From positions 2,591-66,590 of the forward strand of contig WHUE01000010.1 of the NCBI GenBank assembly GCA_009377375.1: 64,000 nucleotides of DNA, given 5' to 3'. Position numbers and translations under genes: made by a program. The DNA is from Alphaproteobacteria bacterium (GTDB taxonomy: Bacteria > Pseudomonadota > Alphaproteobacteria > MPNO01 > UBA2964). Below the pieces are notes generated by a model. It did not search any database, was not told the origin of the DNA, and saw only the letters and a list, made by a program, of their open reading frames with translations. The number at the start of each line of letters is the position of its first letter. Position 1 is the first letter of the stretch. Below, piece after piece: positions 59,140 to 64,000 of this stretch.

Positions 59140-59547
59140 TCAGGATACCGGCGTCAGCCGCCTGACCTTGCCGCTGGTGACGTGCGGCTTCACGTCCTTG
59201 CGGGTCTCGTGGGAGATCACGCGGGTGTCGTTCTGGTCGCCCGACCGGGTGCCCATCATGATCATCGGGCCGTCGCCGGTGTTCTCGAGCTGGTAGAACG
59301 AGCCGCCCTTGATCAGCGCCACCGTGCCGGGCTCCAGCACCGCCTTGCCGCCGTCGGGGAAGTGCATGGTGCACTGGCCCTGGAAGCAGGTGAAGGTCTG
59401 GTCCTGGTTGTGGCAGTGCATTTCGTCATGATCGCCGGTGTCCGGGTAGTAGTGCACCCAGGCATGCATCTTCCGGCTGTTCATGACCCTGGTGCGCTGC
59501 TTTTCCTTCAGCGCGATTTCGACCGGCTTGATGATCTCGATAGTCAT
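59140..59547 (-). CDS. cupin-domain protein
   Basis: 135 aa with two His-containing cupin motifs (HYYPDTGDHDEMHCH..., GSFYQLENTG). Confidence 0.75.
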   Translation of the reverse strand: MTIEIIKPVEIALKEKQRTRVMNSRKMHAWVHYYPDTGDHDEMHCHNQDQTFTCFQGQCTMHFPDGGKAVLEPGTVALIKGGSFYQLENTGDGPMIMMGTRSGDQNDTRVISHETRKDVKPHVTSGKVRRLTPVS

Positions 59548-59591
59548 GAAGCTCTCCTAATCGGTTGTGACCTGCCGTCTGCGCGGCGTGT

Positions 59592-60643
59592 TCAGCGCTT
59601 CTTGTAGTATTTGTTGAGGATGACCTCTTTTACCTCGGCGAACTCCTTCGGGTCCAGCGCGTCCATCACTTCCAGCACGTTTTTCTGAAGCGTCTCGCCG
59701 TCGAGATAGCCGGGGTTGAGGCGGCGCTTCTTCGCTTCGGCGATATAGGTCGGGTCGTTCAGCACCTCCTTCAGCGCGGCGCGGAGATAGTCGACCTTGG
59801 CCTTCGGCGTGCCGGGCGCGGCGACGATGACGCGCCCCAGCGAGGTCAGCCCCGCGCGCCAGTCGAGCCATTTTCCATCGCCGGGCTCGGCTTGCCGACC
59901 TCGTAGGCGGTCGGCACGTCGGGGAATTCCGGTGCGCGCTCGCGCGACAGCGACAGGATGACGCGGAACTTGCCGCTGCGCACGAAGCGGGAAGCGGCCT
60001 CCGAGGTGATCACCCGCGCGTCGAGCTCGCCCTGCTCTATGGCGAGATTCATGCCGCGGCTGCCCTTGTAGCCGTGGATGATGCGCGAATCGAAGCCCAG
60101 CGCGTGGGACAGCACCGACTGGTAGTCGGAGTTGCCGTCGGTCTTGCCCGAACCGCCCCAAATGAAGATGTGCTTCGCCTTGAGCGCCTGGGCGAAGGTC
60201 GGGAAGGGGAATTTGGGACCGACCATCACGATCTTGGGCGGGCCGCTGACCCGCGCCAGCCAGTTCAGCTTGCGCACGTCGTAGTTCACGCCCTTGAGCC
60301 CGAAGAGCTGCGCGCCCGCCGCCCCCTCGCCGGTGGTCAGCAGGATCGTGTGTCCGTCCGCCGCCGCCGCGACCAGCCGGTTCATGGCGCTGAGTCCGCC
60401 GGCGGCCGGCTCGTTCACCGGCACCATCTTGGCGCCCGTCTTCTTCTCGACATAGGGCAGGATGGTGCGCATGTAGGCGTCGTAACCGCCGCCGACGCTG
60501 CCCATCGTGATGAAGCGCATCTGGCGGTCCTTGTACTCGTCCGCGGGTCCGGCGGCGGACGCGGACCAGGCGCCGAGGCATACCGCCGCCGCGGCGGCCA
60601 GGCTATGCGCGAAAGCCGGTTTTCCGAATTTCTTCGAAGTCAT
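59592..60643 (-). pseudogene. third Bug/TctC-family binding protein, disrupted by a -1 frameshift in a T4 run (59871-59874)
   Basis: ORF 59846..60643 carries the signal peptide and N-terminal two thirds. ORF 59592..60581 carries the C-terminus (GRVIVAAPGTPKAKVDYLRAALKEVLNDP). Adding one A to GAAAATGG joins them as ...VGKPSPAMEKWLDWRAGL... Confidence 0.7.
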
Positions 60644-60856
60644 CTGCAGAAGCTCCCTGTTAAGCGTTGCCGCGGCTTTTTGTACGAGGCCGCTGACACT
60701 GGATCGTGGAATCTACGCCTCTCGCCGGCCCTTGCATAGCCGCCACACCGGGCACCCCGCCTTCCCACGATGGCGTTTGACAGCCGGGTGACGGTAGTCC
60801 AAGAATCCCTGCCAAGAGTAAAGGCATCAAAGCAAATTTCAGGAGGAGGCATAATC

Positions 60857-61897
60857 ATGGATGGAATGCGTAAGGCGCTGGCCGGTCTGACCGGCGCGGC
60901 GGTCGCTCTCGCGGTCGGGCTGGGCGCTGCCCATGCTGCGGATCCGAGCTGGCTGGACAAGGATCTGCTCGCCAAGGCGAAGGCCGGCAACGAGACCAAG
61001 ATCACGGTCTATTCCTCGACCAACGAGCGCGAGGGGCTGCCGCTGTGGGGGAAGTTCACCGAGGCGTCCGGCATCAAGGTCGATTACGTGCGCGCCTCCG
61101 ACACCAAGCTGATGGCGCGGATCACGGTGGAGAAGCGCGCCAAGCAGGAAAGCTGGGACGTGATCCAGACGACCTCGCTGAAGAAGATGCCGCAGCAATG
61201 GCTGGCAAAGTTCGATCCGCCGCTGTCGAAGGAGATTCCGGCCGAGGCGCAGGACAAGGACGACCGCTGGTACGGCGTCTACGCCAATTTCAACACCCCG
61301 GCCTACAACACCAAGCTGGTGAAGGCGTCGGACCTGCCCAGGACGTATGAGGACTTCGCCAAGCATCCGGAGTGGGCGGACAAGACCGCCATCGATTTCA
61401 GCGACGAGGAATGGCTCGCCGCCATGTACATGCATTACGGCAAGGAGAAGGGCGAGAAGATCGTCAAGGACATCGTCAAGGCCCTGAAGCCCAAGCTGAC
61501 GCGCGGCCATCTGGCGATGGCGCGTTCCGTCGGCGCGGGCGACTACGCCATCGCGCTGAACAACTACACCAACCTGACCATCAACGTGATGCTGGGCAAG
61601 GGCGCCACGGACTGGTGGGTGATCGAGCCTGTTGCCGTGTTCTACGGCCAGGTCGGCATCAATGCGGACTCGCCCGCGCCCAATGCCGCGCGGCTCGGCG
61701 CCAACTACCTGATCAGCAAGGAAGGCCAGACCCAGCTCGCTTCGAAGGGCCGTATCCCCGTGCGCGACGACGTGCCGACGACCCCGCCCGGCGTGCTGGA
61801 CAAGTTCAAGGGCAAGAAGGTCATCCCGGTGCTGCTCGATCCCAAGGAGAGCAAGCGGTGGGGCGACACCTTCAAGAAGGTGATGTCCACCCGCTAG
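60857..61897 (+). CDS. ABC transporter periplasmic binding protein, Fe3+/FbpA-AfuA-like (SBP family 1)
   Basis: AGGAGGAGG RBS, signal peptide MDGMRKALAGLTGAAVALAVGLGAAHA, and an FbpA-like body. Confidence 0.8.
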   Translation: MDGMRKALAGLTGAAVALAVGLGAAHAADPSWLDKDLLAKAKAGNETKITVYSSTNEREGLPLWGKFTEASGIKVDYVRASDTKLMARITVEKRAKQESWDVIQTTSLKKMPQQWLAKFDPPLSKEIPAEAQDKDDRWYGVYANFNTPAYNTKLVKASDLPRTYEDFAKHPEWADKTAIDFSDEEWLAAMYMHYGKEKGEKIVKDIVKALKPKLTRGHLAMARSVGAGDYAIALNNYTNLTINVMLGKGATDWWVIEPVAVFYGQVGINADSPAPNAARLGANYLISKEGQTQLASKGRIPVRDDVPTTPPGVLDKFKGKKVIPVLLDPKESKRWGDTFKKVMSTR

Positions 61898-61996
61898 AGC
61901 GTCAGGCGGCGCCCGGCGGCGCCCGACCGCGCAGGTAACGGCAAAGGGATGGCCGCGGAAACGGGAGTTCCGCGGCCATTGCCACGGGGAGAAGAA

Positions 61997-63742
61997 ATGG
62001 CTGCGGGGAGCCTGCAATCCGGATCGGGCGAGGGATTCGCGTCGCGTATCGCCGGCTGGTTCCGGCTGTCGAACCTTGTGCTCGTCTTCTGCGTGGTGCT
62101 GGCCGGCTGGCTGGTCTTCGTGCCGCTGGGCTCGCTGATCTATATCTCGCTGGCCGAGGACACGCCGATCGGCCCGGGCGGGTTCACTCTCGACAATTTC
62201 ATCAACGCCTATGCCGACCGGCATCTGCTGGTGCTGTTCCGGAACTCCATGATCTACGGCGTCGGCACGGCGGTGGTGACGCTGGTGATGGGGGCGGGCG
62301 TCGCCTGGGTCGTGGAACGGACCGACGCGCCGGGGCGCGGCGCCTTCCACGTCATGTCCCTGATGTCCTTCGCCATTCCCGGGCTGCTGACCACGATGGC
62401 CTGGATCCTGATCTTCAGCCCGAATATCGGCTGGCTGAACAAGCTGATGATGGGCTGGTTCGGACTGTCGGAGGCACCGGTCAACATCTACACCATGACC
62501 GGCATGATCTGGGCCCTGAGCAGCCACTACTTCCCGCTCGCCTACCTGCTGATGGGGCCCGCGTTTCGGGTGCTCGACATCCGCATGGAGGAGGCGGCGA
62601 CGGTGTCGGGCGCGCGTAACTGGCAGGTGGCGACGCGGGTGACGCTGCCGCTGCTGCGCCCGGCGATCCTCTCGACGCTGCTGCTGCTGTTCGTGCGCGG
62701 GATCGAGAGTTTCGAGGTGCCGCGGCTGCTCGGCATCCCGGCCGACATCGCCGTGTTCACCACTGAGATACAGAACGCGACGACCGAGGTGCCGCCCGCC
62801 TTCGGCATCGGCGCGGCGCTGGGAATGACGCTGCTGCTGATCTGCGTGCTCGGCGTGTTCCTGTACCGCCGGGCGACGGCCGACGCCTCGGCCTACGCGA
62901 CCGTGACCGGCAAGGGCTACCAGCCCACCCCGCTCGCCCTCGGACGCTGGCGCTGGCCGGTCAGCCTTGCCGCCTGGGCGATGTTCGCGCTGGCACTGGG
63001 GCTGCCGCTGTTCACCCTGATCTGGCAGTCCTTCTTCGATGCCGTGACGGTGCCGAACCTGGCGATGATCGGTGAGGGATCGATCAGGAACTACACCTTC
63101 CTGTTCAGCTATCCGGTGTTCATCACGGCGCTGCAGAACAGCGGTGCGCTCGGCGCGATGGCGGCGACCGCGGTGGTCGCGCTGGCCTTCGTGATGGCCT
63201 GGATTGCGCAGCGCTCGTCCACGAAGCACGGCTGGGCGCTCGACGCGCTGGCCTTCGCCCCGATCGCCATCCCCAGCGTGATCATCGGCGCCAGCATCCT
63301 GTTCGCCTACATCATGATCCCCATCGGGGTCTACAACACGATCTGGATCCTGCTGATCGCCTACGTGACCATGTACCTGCCCTATGGCATGCGGTTCACC
63401 TCCGGCGGCATCGTCCAGATTCACAAGGAGCTGGAGGAAGTCGCCCAGGTGTCCGGAGCCAGCCTGCTGCAGATCTTCCGCCGCGTGCTGATCCCGCTGC
63501 TCGCGCCCGTGCTGATCGCGGCCTGGCTCTATGTCTTCGTGCTGGCGGTGCGCGAGCTGGCGGCCTCGATCTTCCTCGCCGGGCCGGGCACGCAGGTGCT
63601 CGGCACCATCAGCCTGACCATGTGGGAGGAGGGCGGCAGCTTCGGCGCGGTATGCGCGCTGGGCATGGTGCAGATCGCGCCGCTCATCGTCGTCGTCATC
63701 CTGCTGCGCAGGATGGAGACCATCATCAGCCGGCGCGGCTGA
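61997..63742 (+). CDS. ABC transporter permease with duplicated 6-TM domains (FbpB/AfuB-like)
   Basis: 581 aa with two EAA-loop permease modules; start at MAAGS with GGGGAGAAG RBS. Confidence 0.8.
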   Translation: MAAGSLQSGSGEGFASRIAGWFRLSNLVLVFCVVLAGWLVFVPLGSLIYISLAEDTPIGPGGFTLDNFINAYADRHLLVLFRNSMIYGVGTAVVTLVMGAGVAWVVERTDAPGRGAFHVMSLMSFAIPGLLTTMAWILIFSPNIGWLNKLMMGWFGLSEAPVNIYTMTGMIWALSSHYFPLAYLLMGPAFRVLDIRMEEAATVSGARNWQVATRVTLPLLRPAILSTLLLLFVRGIESFEVPRLLGIPADIAVFTTEIQNATTEVPPAFGIGAALGMTLLLICVLGVFLYRRATADASAYATVTGKGYQPTPLALGRWRWPVSLAAWAMFALALGLPLFTLIWQSFFDAVTVPNLAMIGEGSIRNYTFLFSYPVFITALQNSGALGAMAATAVVALAFVMAWIAQRSSTKHGWALDALAFAPIAIPSVIIGASILFAYIMIPIGVYNTIWILLIAYVTMYLPYGMRFTSGGIVQIHKELEEVAQVSGASLLQIFRRVLIPLLAPVLIAAWLYVFVLAVRELAASIFLAGPGTQVLGTISLTMWEEGGSFGAVCALGMVQIAPLIVVVILLRRMETIISRRG

Positions 63743-63776
63743 CGGCGGGAACGGAAAAGAAGAACGGAACGCGGAT

Positions 63777-64000
63777 ATGCTTGCGATCGAGACGCTGAGA
63801 AAGACGTTCAACGCCCGGGGCGGCGGCCGGGTCCACGCCGTGGACGGGGTGTCGCTGGCGGTGGATCAGGGGAAGCTGCTGACCCTGCTGGGCCCGTCGG
63901 GCTGCGGCAAGACCACCATCCTGCGCTGCATCGCGGGGCTGGAACGGCCAGATTCCGGCCGCATCGTGATCGGGAACCAGACAGTCTACGATTCCGATGC
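63777..64000 (+). CDS. ABC transporter ATP-binding protein (FbpC/PotA-like), 5' part only
   Basis: MLAIETLRKTF... with Walker A GPSGCGKTT; runs off the window edge, so it is missing from the ORF track. Confidence 0.8.
   Translation, partial: MLAIETLRKTFNARGGGRVHAVDGVSLAVDQGKLLTLLGPSGCGKTTILRCIAGLERPDSGRIVIGNQTVYDSD

Noticed and set aside
60839-63811. 990-aa minus-strand ORF
   Set aside because: It is antisense to the Fe3+ ABC binding-protein and permease genes; His/Arg/Asp low-complexity composition.

Overview
This is a 64-kb, high-GC (about 68-70%) proteobacterial chromosomal segment. The HWE histidine kinase, the LVIVD-repeat protein and the many Bug/TctC and TRAP binding proteins suggest an alphaproteobacterial host, with low confidence. 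The window is gene-dense. I found no rRNA, tRNA, CRISPR array, integrase or transposase. From 5' to 3' the content is: a tctCBA tricarboxylate transporter operon ending in an overlapping amidohydrolase-2 gene; TRAP dctQM with two tandem convergent dctP paralogs, one frameshifted; a TraR/DksA zinc-finger gene and an MFS gene; the translational GTPases typA (frameshifted) and prfC; an operon of a UbiD-family decarboxylase, a NicO-type Ni/Co transporter and a PhtD-like decarboxylase; a Fur-box-preceded fecI-fecR-TonB-dependent transducer locus followed by overlapping DUF3649, PepSY and DUF3325 genes; an orphan eutA; an aromatic ring-cleavage module (Bug SBP, SDR, extradiol dioxygenase, FAH, MDR reductase, VOC) with an embedded GlcG/HWE-kinase/receiver unit; a xanthine-dehydrogenase-family M-S-L operon plus FAD oxidoreductase, with a divergent second UbiD decarboxylase, an isochorismatase-family hydrolase and a leaderless ModA-like protein; a NitT/TauT ABC importer; a cytochrome c-Vgb fusion; EamA and MFS transporters and several hydrolases; a stand-alone molybdopterin subunit fused to CoxG; an M23 peptidase; a cupin; a third Bug SBP (frameshifted); and an Fe3+-type ABC importer cut by the 3' edge. 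Three separate single-base deletions in homopolymer runs break typA, a dctP paralog and a tctC paralog. These are either assembly errors or real pseudogenes. Many long ORFs in the supplied track are antisense artefacts of GC-rich genes. Non-ORF coordinates were anchored to ORF ends where possible but may be off by a base or two.
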